Shown: positions 11,705 through 24,379 of the stretch, piece by piece | Position numbering within the stretch: the first letter of the stretch is position 1 | How the letters are laid out: every line of letters begins with the position of its first letter | Source of the DNA: Felis catus | Taxonomy: Eukaryota | DNA: 64,000 bases | NCBI RefSeq assembly: GCF_018350175.1 | Contig: NC_058368.1 | Location: forward strand, 98,148,001 to 98,212,000 | Reading direction: 5' to 3' | Made by a program: the position numbers and the translations under genes | Notes under the pieces: generated by a model | Database searches by the model: none | Seen by the model: the letters and a program-made list of their open reading frames with translations, nothing else | What the model was told of the DNA's origin: nothing

Positions 11705-13997
11705 GATTTTTGTCATCTTTTAACCAAACCAGCTATGATAATAATATAAAAACTTCTGTTTCTGGTATATATTTTAAATTCGGCCCATTCATGGGTAATT
11801 CTTGGTCTCTAAAATGAAGGTAACTGCAGAAGGGCCTAAGTATAAGAATCCGCTTTAGTTTCTGGTGAGCAGTGTAATTCATACCTCTCCGGTACCTTGC
11901 CTTTTTGTCCAGAGAAAAGAATTAAATAAAGGTATAGCCTGTAGGTGGCACTGGAGTCCACTGATCTCTCTCCCACAGTCTCAAGTACAGCAGCATGGTT
12001 ATAATTAGTGTTGGCTTCTCAGCATGATGATGGGGTCCAGTGATATCTTGGACTTTGGGCAACTGTGGAAAATCCTCATTGAACCATGCCAGGTTCCTGT
12101 TGGAATGTGGCAGCTCCCCAAACTTCTGTCCTGTTAGTAGAAATGAGGAATAGTACAGAGGGAGCAATGAGGATTGCCTGAATGTGATGTGTGCCTCTCT
12201 GAAAATGATCTTGGTGGTAAGTGTTTTGTGGGAATTAAAAGTTAATTGATTGTAAACAGTGGGCTGGTTAATGATTAGAAAGAATTGGGGATCATTTCTT
12301 CTGAGACTTAGAACACAGTCAGATGAGTCTTGTTAATTTTTTGGTTTGACACATTAAGAGAGTTGGGATTTTTCAAATTAGGTTATTAACTGGCCTAATC
12401 ACCCAGGGTTGGTTTTTTTTGTTTTTTGTTTTTTGTTTTTTGTTTTTTGTTTTTTGTTTTTTTTACCCAGAGTAATATTTTTAAGCAAAAATAAGTGTAA
12501 AAGTGGAAATTAAAATATGTATTTCAGTAACCATGTGCAAAATAATTCAGTGAAGATAGTTTTATTTTGTTCTTTTTATGGACTCATTTTTTTTCATACG
12601 TAGCATATGAATAAGTGAAAGAGGTAGCTTGGACTTTGAATGTACAAATGCTCCTTTTTAGGTTCACATGGGCTGGGACAAAGGAGGCTTTGGGCAAAAG
12701 TACTTTTTATTTACTTTTCTCCTATCAGCTTTACTCACATGGGTACCACCGAAATTCTCTACATGGTCAGAACCTTTGCAGTTGGAGGATAGTGGGTACG
12801 TGCGAAGTGACCTCCTCCCTTTCCTTTCCATGCTCCCTAATGGAGAAATATTGCCACAGGGCTTTGGCTCCAAAGACCTAGAAGGCTTCCTGGCCTTGGT
12901 GATTTGGGTACATGTGAACCAAGAGTATTTCTTCTTGCCTGGCATTAAAGACAATCTCTTTGACACACTTCCCTTAGGCTCACATCCAAATCTTGGTCTT
13001 AATGGTCTGAGTATTCACAAGTTCAGCAGAATGACAACAACAAAGATGGTAGACCAAAGCAATAGGGTTTCTATTGAGGGCTCCTTCTGAAATCTAGAGC
13101 AGAACTTACTAGCTGCTCATTTGTAGGCCTTTCTTGGATGGGGGATTATGCCAGGTGGGAGAGGGACCTGCCCACTGCCTAATACTAGCCTCATTAAAAC
13201 ATCAAGAGGCAGAACACCCAAAGAGAAATATACTCCAAAAAGATAGTCTACAAGACAGACTTTCGAGGCTGACCAGGTATGAAGTGCATCGATGAGAAAG
13301 GAAATATACAAAGTAGAGGGAGGAGAGTATAAAGTATTAAGTAAAAAGTATAAGTAAAATGTATTTGCTCAGAGGTTTTGCTAAAGGATAGGGAGAATTT
13401 TGTGTCCAGGCATTTCTGTTTAATGTTCATATGGTTGAAATAGAGTGGTCACCGAAGATCAAGATTTGAAAAGAAAAAAAAAAAAGAAGTTAAAGAGAAG
13501 TCTTCAAGCAGTGTTGGTATTATTGGTACCACAGGAACACATGTAAGAACTTAGTAACACTATACAAAAAATTTGCAGTAGGCTTATTTGAAATGCTTAA
13601 ACCCATTTGATTGTCAGTGGCTTGTTTCACTGAGATATCCAGAAGCATTAGGTCTACAGAACTTCTTCCTTTGAGACACCCTGCCACCAATCAATCTATA
13701 ATCCTAAACTGACCAAGTGTTTGCTTAGTTCTAGAGAATATTTGTTTCCATTTCTTTTCTAGTAATGGGCCTTAAGTCCACAAATGTAGTGACTTTCTAC
13801 TAAATCTTTGGATTCAGATAGGTAAGAGGCCATGACCTTAAAATATTGAGGAGTGATCTCTTCATTTCTATGATAAGTTAAGCATCAAATGTAGTGTTAA
13901 TATTTTAATATACAGAAGCATCTGGTCACTCTTGGTCCCCATTGATACTTCATGTACTTAGGCTGCCATGTGAACAAGTATATATTGTTAAGAATAT

Positions 13998-14002
<5 letters not shown>

Positions 14003-14038
<36 letters not shown>
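14003..14038. repeat. (TG)n microsatellite
   Basis: Direct. Confidence 0.97.
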
Positions 14039-14041
<3 letters not shown>

Positions 14042-14941
14042 AATTTGATTCTCTCCTGCTAATCAGCTGGCACATGTGCCATTTTTGAATGTCATTTTTG
14101 GATATACTGAAGGAAGAAAATGATCCTTTATTTTTTAAATACTTTTCATGATAATTGGAACCTAAGATATTAGATCAAAATTAGTGAGCTATTAATCTAC
14201 TCAGTATACATCTAGTTTTGTCTTTTGTTGTTGTTTCCAGTTGTATTAATTGCATCATTATTAGCTAATAAGGCTGTAAACATTTTGAATGAAAATATAA
14301 GTTTTCAATTTCTGACAATATAGTAGACTAGATATTCTTAAAACACCTTTCACTTCAAAATAAATTAAGACATTAATTTAAATGCATTATTGAATAAAGA
14401 AGAAGGTAAGGAAGATATTTAGAGGCCAGTTTATACAAGAATCCAGAAAGTTAAGCACAAAATAGCTTTTTATTCTGGGGCAACTATCAATTAGTAAGAA
14501 CCCTCAAGATCCATTTAAAAAATCTTACAAAAACTATAGAAAAATATAGAAAGCCTAGCCTGCGCACCTTGGGAAATCTAAAAGGAGACTCTCACTCAAA
14601 CCCAGGACCCCACTAAACTGTATCCTCAGTGAAAGAGAAAGTTAATCCATCAAGAGAGACAGGAATGAAACTTGTGTATCTCAATCATGATAGTATAGGA
14701 AGGAGAAAATTTGGAATCCAAATCCTGCCCTCGTGTGGCTTAAGGTCAGAATTCACCACCACCCATGTGGAAACAAAAACCCTCATCTAGTTTTATTTGA
14801 GGTGATCATTAGGAGGACTTCTGAGCACCTGACAGAAAAAGAACAGATTCTTTCTTAAGGAACACACTTTTAGTCCATGCTCTAAGAATTCCTCAAAATG
14901 AATGTATAGTGCAAATTTGAAAAGAAATTAGAAAATAAAAA

Positions 14942-15143
14942 GGGGCACCTGGGTGGCTTGGTTGAGCGTCCGACTCTTGATTTTGGCTCAGGCCATGATT
15001 TCACAGTTTGTGGGATGGAGCCCAGCATCAGGCTGACCATGCACAGCCTGCTTGGGATTCTCTCTCTCCTCTCTCTCTCTGCCCCTCCCGTCGCTTGTGC
15101 TCATGCTTACTCTTTTTCTCTCAAAATAAGTAAATATTTACAA
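14942..15143 (+). mobile_element. Can-SINE
   Basis: ggggcacctgggtggc head, CT tract, tail. Confidence 0.93.
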
Positions 15144-15339
15144 AAGCACAAGACCCTCTAAAGCCAAAGAGTAAGGGCCAGCAAAAACAAATGACAAAAA
15201 TGAGACTCTCAACTAAGTTATTGAAATTAACAGCTATAGAATAGAAAATAGCTTTGTTTAATATATTAAAAACAACAGTTTATCAAAATATTAATATACT
15301 GTGAAACTCATCAAGAAGATTAAAAATAACCCAACTAAC

Positions 15340-15538
15340 TTTTTTTTCCTTTTGTAAAAAGTTTTATGTATTTATTTTGAGAGAGTGGGGGCGCGGGGAG
15401 AAAGAGAAAGAATCCCAAGCAGGCTCCACACCGTCAGTGCAGAGCCCGATGCAGCGCTCAACCCATGAACCACAAGATCATGACCTGAGCAGAGATCAAG
15501 AGTTGGGCACGTAGCTGACTAGCCACCCAGTTGCCCCC
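15340..15538 (-). mobile_element. Can-SINE
   Basis: Core motifs; TSD caactaac. Confidence 0.92.
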
Positions 15539-15896
15539 AACTAACATTTTTAGTAATAAATTATAATAATTAAATAAAAATTTTAATGGATAGGTTAAAA
15601 TGTTCACCTGTGTCCTATGCCATTCACAAATTAATTTAAGATGAACCATTATATATTCATCAACTTGGGGATAGTTAAAGATATTTTGACGAAAGTCGTA
15701 ACTCAAAGAGAAAAAAAAATATTGGGCTTTCTCAAAATTAAATACTTTGCTAATGAAAAAATATCACTTAGAAAATAAAATCCAATCCAGAGATTGTGAG
15801 AAAATATTTTCGAAACATATATCTGACAAACAACTTGTGTCCAGAAAATATAAAAATTCCTTACAATCAAAATCAAGACAATAAACCCAGTTAAAA

Positions 15897-16098
15897 ACTT
15901 TTTAAAAAAGTTTTATTTATTTTTGAGAGAGAGCGTGAGTGGGGAGGGGCAGAGAGAGAGGGAGACACAGAATCTGAAGCAGGCTCTAGGTTCTGAGCTG
16001 TCAGCACAGAGCCTGACCTGAGGCTTGAACCCATGAACCATGAGATCATGATTTGAGCCACACTTGGATGCTCAACTGACTGAGCCACCTAGGCGCCC
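15897..16098 (-). mobile_element. Can-SINE
   Basis: gagacacagaatctgaagcaggctc core; ends gcgcccc. Confidence 0.94.
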
Positions 16099-17093
16099 CA
16101 ACCCAATATTTAAAATGGGCCAAAGAGACATTAAACAAAAAATATATATATTTATAAAAGTCCTAAAATGGAAACAACCTCAGTATCTGTAGAATAATGG
16201 AGAGACAGGTTGTGATATATTCAGATGATGAAATATTACTCAACAATAAAAAGGAACAACCTACTGTTGATAAATATGACAATATGGACACAAGAAAATA
16301 TATACTATAATATCCCATTTACATTAAGTCCAAAAAGAGGCAGAACTAATCTATAGTGAAAGATACCACACATAGGTTGCTTCTGGGAGGGAAACTGATG
16401 AAAGGGGGCCTGAATATTCTAGTGTGATGCACATGTTCTGGATCTCAGTGAGTCACATTAAGTGGACATGTACAGTTGTCAAACACATCGGAACGAAGAC
16501 CGAAGATTTATGCATTTTATTCTATGGAATTATACATCAATAAAATGTAAATGTTAAAGCTATATTTCCAGGTTAGTTTATTACCTTAGATGCTTGTATT
16601 AGAGAAGAGGTAACACCAGAAATTAAACACTAAACTTGAGAATTAGAAAATCTATAAATTAAGCAGTAAAAATAATAGAACAAGCTCAAGCAGAGTAAAT
16701 CATAAATATAGAAGCAGAAATGAATGAAAAGAAAACAAGAATGCAATAGAAAAGATCGAAGAAGTCCACAGTTGGGAGTCTGAAAAGTCTAAGAGATATG
16801 AAACACTTTTGGCAAAATTCATTAAGCAAAATGAAGAAGACACAAATATCAGTGCCTGGAATGAAAAAGAGGACCTAAGTGTGGGTGCAGTAAAGATTAA
16901 AAAGATGAAAAGACAATGTTTTATAAAGAAATGTATATTGATATGAAATGGGAATTTTTTTTTAAAAAATACAACTTTTTTTCAAAAAGTCACCAAAATT
17001 GACTCAAGTAGGTAAAACTCTGACTCCAATAACTATCAACAAGTTATAATCAGTAATGTTAAACTTCTTCCCACAAAGAATACCTCAAATCCA

Positions 17094-17222
17094 GGGGCAC
17101 CTGGTTGGCTCAGTCTGCAGAGCATGCACATCTTGATCTCAGGGTTATGAATTCAAGTTCCATGTTGGGCGTGGAGCCTACTTAAAAAAAGAAAGAAAAA
17201 AAAAAAAGGAAAAAGAAAAAAG
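17094..17222 (+). mobile_element. Short Can-SINE lacking the CT tract
   Basis: ggggcacctggttggctcag...ggagcctactt then poly-A. Confidence 0.88.
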
Positions 17223-18142
17223 ACCACCTCAGATACAAATGATTTTGGAGGGAAATTTCATCAAACATTAGTGTGTAACAGTTTATTCCAATTTTATACA
17301 CAGAATTCCAGTTTTATACAATTTTATCCAAAGAACAATTAAAGAGGCAATAGTCCCCAACTCTTTTTATATGGCTAATATAGCCTTGATACACACCAGA
17401 AAAGGGACACAGCAGGAAGGAAAATTGCAGGCTAATTTCATGCATGAACTAAGATGTAAAAATTTTAGATAACTTATTAACAAATTGTGTCCAGCAGTGT
17501 GTAAACAAGATAATTCATGATGATCAAGTTGGGTTTAGCCCAGAAATACAAGGTTGGTTTAACATTAGAAAATCTATTTCTATTACATAAATAGATTTAA
17601 GGAGGAAACGCCTTCTCTATTAATGAAGAAAAAACATGCAAAAAGATTTATAATACACTCTACTAAAATCTCTTAGGGAATTTGGAATAGAGGAAACTTC
17701 CAAGAGAATTTGATAAAAGGTAAAGAAAAGATTGTACATAATAATGAAATATTAAAAAAACATTTGCTTTAAAATTAAAATCAAGTCAAGTACTCTATCA
17801 TCTTTACTCAGCATTGTTCTGAAAATCCTAAATAACAAAGGAAATCAAGAGAAAAATACAAGCTCTAAGTATGAGAAGAAGCAAAAATAGTATTATTATG
17901 ATTGTTTATGTGAAAAAAAATAATTTTCTAAATTACAAAATTAGAAGAATAAGTAACATTTTAGCAAACTTCTCAGGTGCATAATCTATGTAAAAAGTTA
18001 GTTGTATACAGCAGGCAGAATTAGAAATTTAATTTAAAATTATCGTTTAAAGTAGGATTAAAAAAAAAAAAGAAGTAAGATACCTAAGAATAAATCTAAC
18101 AAAAGACGTACAAAGCTTGGCTATAGAAAGAAATGAAAAGTC

Positions 18143-18367
18143 TTTATTTCATTTTATTAAAAAATATTTTTTGTTTATTTATTTTGAGAGAGCGAGTACA
18201 TGAGAGCAGGGGGAGGGGCAGAGGCGGGGGGGTTAGAGAGAATCCCAAGCAGGCTCCATGCTGTCAGCCCAGAGCCCCATGTGGGACTTGGACCTATGAA
18301 TTGTGAGATATAACCTGAGCCAAAATGAAGACTTGGATGCCTAGCTGACTGAGCCATCCAGGCACCC
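18143..18367 (-). mobile_element. Can-SINE
   Basis: Core motifs; TSD about aaaagtc(c)ttta. Confidence 0.92.
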
Positions 18368-19220
18368 AAAAGTCCTTTAAAATGTAGTAATAAGTACCAA
18401 ATAGATGGAGAGATGTACCATGTTTATGGAGGGAAGATTTATGTTCATTTCCAAATTGATCTGTAGAGTCAATACAACCTGAATCAAAATTGCAAAGGGT
18501 TTCACAGATGAAAGTCCTAAATTCTAAAATAATTATGGAATAGTAAAAGATAAAGATTGGCTAAAGTAGTGAAGATGAACAATAATTCAGGGACCTTTGT
18601 TTACCCAACCAAGACTTATTAAAACCTGTAGTCAATTAGGTAGTGTTACATTCACTCACACAAAGATGGATTGAGCAGTAAATCAGAATAGAGTCCAGAG
18701 CCAGCTCCTGTGTGTATGAAAACTTGATTCATGCTGGAGTTGGCTTGCTGATCAGTGGGTAAAGAATGGATTTTTAAATAAATGGTGCTGGGATTGATTA
18801 TTAGTATGAAGAAAGTTGCATCTCTAACTCATATAGGAGAGTACATTTACTATCTCAGGACTTAGAAGGCATTGTTTTAAAGAAGATAAAAAGAGCACCA
18901 ACCATAAAGAAACTCATTGATAAATTATTTAAAATTAAGAACTTTATAAAAGAGAATCCAAATGGGAAAAAAAGCCATAAACTGAGAGATGATACATGAA
19001 ACTAACAAAAGAATATTTTTCTAGAATATAAAATGGATAGGATACATTAACAGTCATTATAAAATAAATACAAATATAATGAGGCAAGTGACATGAGAAA
19101 ATGGCAAAAAAATTAAAAAGTATTTCAAAGAATATGAACTACTTATGACCAAACAAATAAATAAATAAAAATTTGATCAATCTCAAGAGAAAATGATAAC
19201 TACACTGAAATAATAGTTTG

Positions 19221-19405
19221 AGGAGCTTGGGTGGCTCATTTGGTTAAGCATCCAACTCTTGATTTCGGCGCAGGTCATATGTCACTGTGGGTTCTCTGTG
19301 CTGATGGTGTGGAGCCTGCTTCGAATTCTTTCTCTCCCTCTCTCTATGCTCTTCCCCTCTTCTCTCTCTGTCTCCTCCACCCCTCAAAAATAAATAAATA
19401 AACTT
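19221..19405 (+). mobile_element. Can-SINE (internally deleted)
   Basis: Head, CT tract, tail; TSD gaaataatagtt. Confidence 0.9.
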
Positions 19406-19736
19406 TTGAAATAATAGTTGAAGTCTACCAGATTGGGCAGAAGTTAAAATGCCTATTAATATCAGTGTTGATGAAGATGTAGAAAAGCAGAGACTTTTAT
19501 ATACCCTGCTGGTGGAAATAGAACCTATTTCAACCACTTTGGAACAGTATTTGGTATTATTCAGTAAAGTTGAAGAGACACATGTTACATAGCAGAAATT
19601 TATTTCTTCATCTGTATCCTTGAAAATTTATTGCGAATGTCAGCCAAAAGCAAGTCCACAGTGGCATTAATTAGGGCAGCAAAAAACTGAAAATAATGTA
19701 AATGTTGTCAATACCAGATGGATAAATATATTGGTG

Positions 19737-19856
19737 TAATTATATGATAGGATTACATGTAATTAAATGATTATATTATATAATTATATGATAGGATTAT
19801 ATGTAATTAAATGATTATATATAATTATATGATAGGATTACATGTAATTAAAATGA
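19737..19856. repeat. Minisatellite, 41-44 bp unit, about 2.8 copies
   Basis: taattatatgataggatta(c/t)atgtaattaaatgattata starting at 19737, 19781 and 19822. Confidence 0.92.
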
Positions 19857-20001
19857 GTTTAATTACCCTTATGTATCAACATGGATGATGTTGATGTTAA
19901 TCATAATGTTGAGCAAAAAAAGATGACAAGAATACATACAGAATTATTGCATTATGTAAAATGTAAAACTACTGTGTTATTTAGAGATTCATAGTTACAT
20001 A

Positions 20002-20193
20002 TTTTTTTTAATATTTATTTTGAGAGAGAGCGGGGGAGGGGCAGAGAGAGGGAGAGAGAGAGAATCCCAGGCAGGCTCTGCACTGTCACCTCAGACCCCC
20101 ACATGGGGCTCAAACTTACAAACTCATGAGATCATGACCTGAGCCGAAATCAGGAGTCGGATGCTTAACCAACCGAGCCACCCTGGCACCCCC
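20002..20193 (-). mobile_element. Can-SINE
   Basis: Core motifs; TSD catagtta. Confidence 0.92.
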
Positions 20194-21571
20194 ATAGTTA
20201 TGTATTAAAACTATGAAGAATTAGTAAGGAAATGATAAGTACATTATTGAAGTTGGTGGTTACCTTAAGTGTCAAGGAACAAAGGGCTTCACTCTGGGAA
20301 TGGGAACAAGGGATTTCAGAGATATTGTAGTGCTTTATTGCTAAGCTGGGTGGAGGGCATGCGTTGTTCATTTTATTGTTATTTAAAAAATGTATATACT
20401 TAGAAGTTTTTCTAGTATATATTTAACAAAATATTTTTTGATAAACAAAAACAGGAGTAAAGATGTGTTTTTCTTTCCAAGGCTGATGGAGTTGGACAAT
20501 CATTTAATATAGGTTTCCAGAGTTAAATGAGACATTGTGGGAAATTCTTATTATTAGAGAAAAAAAGATATTTCAAGATCCATTAGAGGCTATGTAAGGG
20601 TCAAGAAAATATTTTTAATTTTTCAGAAGTGGTAACTTGGAATCCTTTATATCAGACTGCTGTATGTTTTTGCTCTGGTTCCAAAGGGACCACGGGAATG
20701 TCTGCAGTCATATCAAAACACAGGATGAATTGTTTGTTGGTTTATGCTGTCTGCTATTTGAAATGCCACGCCAGAACTATAACCTTCTGTGCTTCAACTG
20801 TGCCAGAATGGTGGCTCAGGGTTCTCTAATCAGCCATCAGCACCCTGTTTTCCAATCTCCCTGCCCAGATGCCTCCCTACTTTAGTGATTGCTCTAGGGC
20901 AATCAGTCCTCACTGAGAGAGCTGTTTCTTTACTGAGCCCTGAAAGTGTGAGTCTGGCCAGACTCAGAGTTTTCATAATCTCCCCACCAGGAAGCTGCCT
21001 AAGGAAAGTAGGTAACTTGCAAGAATTGTTTCAGCATGAAGCTCTACAAGGCTGTCTGTGCTGTCCCAGGGCTGGTGAATGAAAGGACATTTCCAGAAAG
21101 ACATTTTCTAAGCCTTTGAATAGCTTTACCATAACAACTCAACAATCAGCCTCATATTGTCTGGCTAAAGAGAAACCACTGTCATTAGCAGAAAAAAAAT
21201 AAATAGGGCTTATACTCGCTCTGTGTTAGAGTCCGTTTCTGTGAAAATTATCTCCTTATTTGGCCATTTGCAAACAGTTTCCCTGATTCAATTGCTTCTT
21301 TGGCTCTCTGGAGTGGTGATTGTTGTAACAGATAACTCCCCTCCAAAGAGCCTGAACTAACCTCACTTGGGATCAATACTGAGCAAAATTAAAATTGAAT
21401 TTATTTGATGAGGTTTAAATTGAATTGATGTCTGCGAGGAAACTCATGTATTTCTTTACAGTATGCCATACGTACTGAATGTATATTTTTTATTTTAATT
21501 TTCCTACATTCTGATGTTATTTATAAAATATGCATTTATAATATGTGGCATCTCGTGTAAAAATCTGTTTT

Positions 21572-21798
21572 TTTTTTAAATTTTTTTTCAACGTTTTTTT
21601 ATTTTATTTTTTTGGGACAGAGAGAGACAGAGCATGAACGGGGGAGGGGCAGAGAGAGAGGGAGACACAGAATCAGAAACAGGCTCCAGGCTCTGAGCCA
21701 TCAGCCCAGAGCCTGACGTGGGGCTCGAACTCACAGACCGCGAGATCGTGACCTGGCTGAAGTCGTACGCTTAACCGACTGCGCCACCCAGGCGCCCC
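21572..21798 (-). mobile_element. Full-length young Can-SINE
   Basis: CpG-rich body; perfect 14-bp TSD taaaaatctgtttt at 21558-21571 and 21799-21812. Confidence 0.97.
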
Positions 21799-22107
21799 TA
21801 AAAATCTGTTTTCTAGAAGTTAAAAATAAATAGAAAACTAAATAAAGTCAGAAAAAAGGAAAAGAGAAAAAAAAGGAGTTAAGAAACAATACAGGAATCT
21901 TTCCTATTAGCTTTGAGGGCATATTTCTCCCTCCCACTCCATACCGCCCAGGGTTAAAAAGCTTTTCACATAATCTCCAAACATCCCAAATCCTCATGAG
22001 GAAATGTTGTATAATCACAGATTATCACCTTCTTTCTGATTTGTTTTGTGATTGTGGATAAGCCATTTAAGGTGTCCTCTGCTCTCCCCTTCTGTCCCTT
22101 TGAACAG

Positions 22108-22340
22108 GGTCTAGAATTTATTGACATGGATGCTTGACAGTTGAAAAAGACGATGAATAATTTTGTAGTACTCTGTGGCACTCCTGATTTAAAGGAAAAT
22201 CTTAAAACTCTGTGAAGCTATAAGAGTATTTGTCGTCTCTCTTGTGGCTTCTGTCATTATCTGACTGTCTTGGCAGGTTTAACCATCACAATACCAAGTT
22301 GCTAGTAATAAGAAATAAACGGGCGTTTCATCCTTCAGAG
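22108..22340 (+). other. Candidate terminal exon (phase-0 reading GLEFIDMDA*), gene unidentified
   Basis: Long polypyrimidine acceptor ...ccccttctgtccctttgaacag at 22107; early stop in all frames; AATAAA at 22314-22319. Confidence 0.25.
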
Positions 22341-22602
22341 ATGCAAATACTACGCATGTTTTGCATGTTGCAGAAAGTAAAACAGATGAGATTTTAGACA
22401 TGGATTTGAGGATTCTACAAAAGCCCACACATGAACATCGTTTAAAAACAATTTTGTACTTAGATAGCTTTATTATCTTTACTACTAATAAAAAGTATGC
22501 AGTAATTCATTGTCAGATTTCCAGAAAAAAAGATTTTACTTTGAATTTGTTCATTCGCAGTCACTGAAAAATGTATTTATTTGTATCTTTAAAGAGTTGT
22601 TA

Positions 22603-22822
22603 GAGGTGCCTGGCTGGCTCAGTTGCTTGAGCATCCCACCACGGCTCAGGTCATGATCTCACAGTTTGTGGGTTTGGGCTCTGTGCTTGACAACTTAGAG
22701 CCTGGAGCCTACTTTGGATCCTGTGTCTCCCTCTTTCTCTGCCCCTCCCCTGCTCCTGCTCTGTATCTCTCTCTCTCAAAAAAATAGACATTAAAAAAAA
22801 TAAACAAACAAACAAAAAAAAA
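22603..22822 (+). mobile_element. Can-SINE
   Basis: Head, CT tract, tail; TSD aaagagtt. Confidence 0.92.
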
Positions 22823-24379
22823 GAGTTCCTAGACTCATGAGGGGTCCAGCAGTTACAGGAGATTAATAATACAATAAATGTGATAAATTGCAGTACTTAT
22901 TTAAAGCTCCCCAGCAGCACCATGAGGAATAATCGAGTCTTCTCAGTTGAGAAGGAATCAGGGAGACCTCTAGAAATGTGATATTTGAAGTGGATCTTAA
23001 TAGATACCAGGAGATGGTGGAGGAGTGAAGGGGCAATCCTTAGATCTTTTGCTTTCTTTCATTTGCAAATGAACAAGCCAAAATTAAAAGGGGCACAATA
23101 CCAGCCAGGGTGGAAGCTCCCTGAGAGTCTACCTCTCTCTTCCTTGTATGTAGAGTGACTGGGGTTCCACATTTGTGACTCTGCTGGAGGCAGAAATTCC
23201 ACTCTCATTAGAGTTGTCTGTTGAACCTCGTGATTTGAACCTAGTAAGAGCTTATAGTCTACTGTGATTTATCACTGGGTATTAACATCCACAAGGTAGA
23301 CAGACTACTTTGCACTTCGTATGACCTAAGAAGAAATAATTTGTAACAAGTAAAAAACCAAGTATATTACACTACAGAGTCAGCTGGAAAACAGCTATTA
23401 TCATAACTCAAAAAGCAGGACATAATGTTTCATATTTAGTATATCAACTACGTAAAAATATGCATAGAAAAGAGAAGGGAGAAATGACAATATAATAGTG
23501 GTTGCCTCTGGGAGGTAGAATTATGGTTTTTTTTTTCTTCATACTTTTCTGAACTTTATAATTTTTCTACTAACAACACTAATTTCTTTTAGAGTAACAG
23601 AAACTATATTTTTAAAATACAGCCTTCTCAATTCAACGATATCATCTAATTGTTTCCCTCTTGAAAATGGGAGTTATTTTTTATCTCCATTAGATGGTGG
23701 CAGAATTTCAGATTCTCCGAAAGCAGCATTGTTTTAGATCTTTCTGGTTTCTCTCATTTGCAAAGACAGCACTGTCTTTCCTTGGTTAGGTTTGGTTTTT
23801 TCCACCCTCTGTGCTTTTGAAGCTCATTGTGAGGTTCAAGTGTTCCCCCTCCTAAAGGGTCGGTTGTTATTTGTGACTCTATCACGTAGGCCCTGAGCTG
23901 ATCTGAAGCTTGGCTCAAAAGAGGCCACAGCATTCTAGAGGCTGCTCTCAAGTCTGTTGGTTATGGTTATCTGGCAAAACTTATGGTCATGCTTCAGGGT
24001 ATCCCTTCTGCTGCCTTCCTTTCTGTCATTATACCTGTTGATTTCATTTTATCTTGCCTGCCAAGGTGGCTTCTTTCTCTTGCCCCTTTGCCCACAGGCA
24101 GCTCAGAGGAGCGATGCCTCCTAATCACCAGTCAGTTCAGCAAAGCCCACCTGGTGTGGGGGAAGGTCTTCTTCTCTGCTTGAAGACTTCTCTGTGAGAG
24201 CCCCTGGTTGATGTCTCATGAATGTGGAGGTATTAGGAAGTGATGATATTGGGGCCCTTCACTTTGGAGTGCATCTTGATGCCCCTTGTCACATTACAGC
24301 CACATTATGCCCATCGGTCTCCCCACAGAGATGCCAGCCCCCTGGTTTTAAATCTTTCCTTCCTTGATTATACACATAC

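Larger units (their letters stand above)
15700..20430 (+). mobile_element. Patchwork of ancient L1 (L1M) ORF2 and 3' fragments interrupted by SINEs
   Basis: A-rich degenerate ORF2 motifs (catgatgatcaagttgggttt..ccagaaatacaaggttggtttaacatt; aaatggtgctgggat; gaaatattactcaacaataaaaaggaac). Confidence 0.75.

Noticed and set aside
12668..13090. 140-aa plus ORF as a single-exon gene
   Set aside because: No recognisable family or promoter; retained only as part of the speculative exon chains.
19737..19856. Possible CRISPR-like array
   Set aside because: Units are head-to-tail with no unique spacers; mammalian context; no cas genes.
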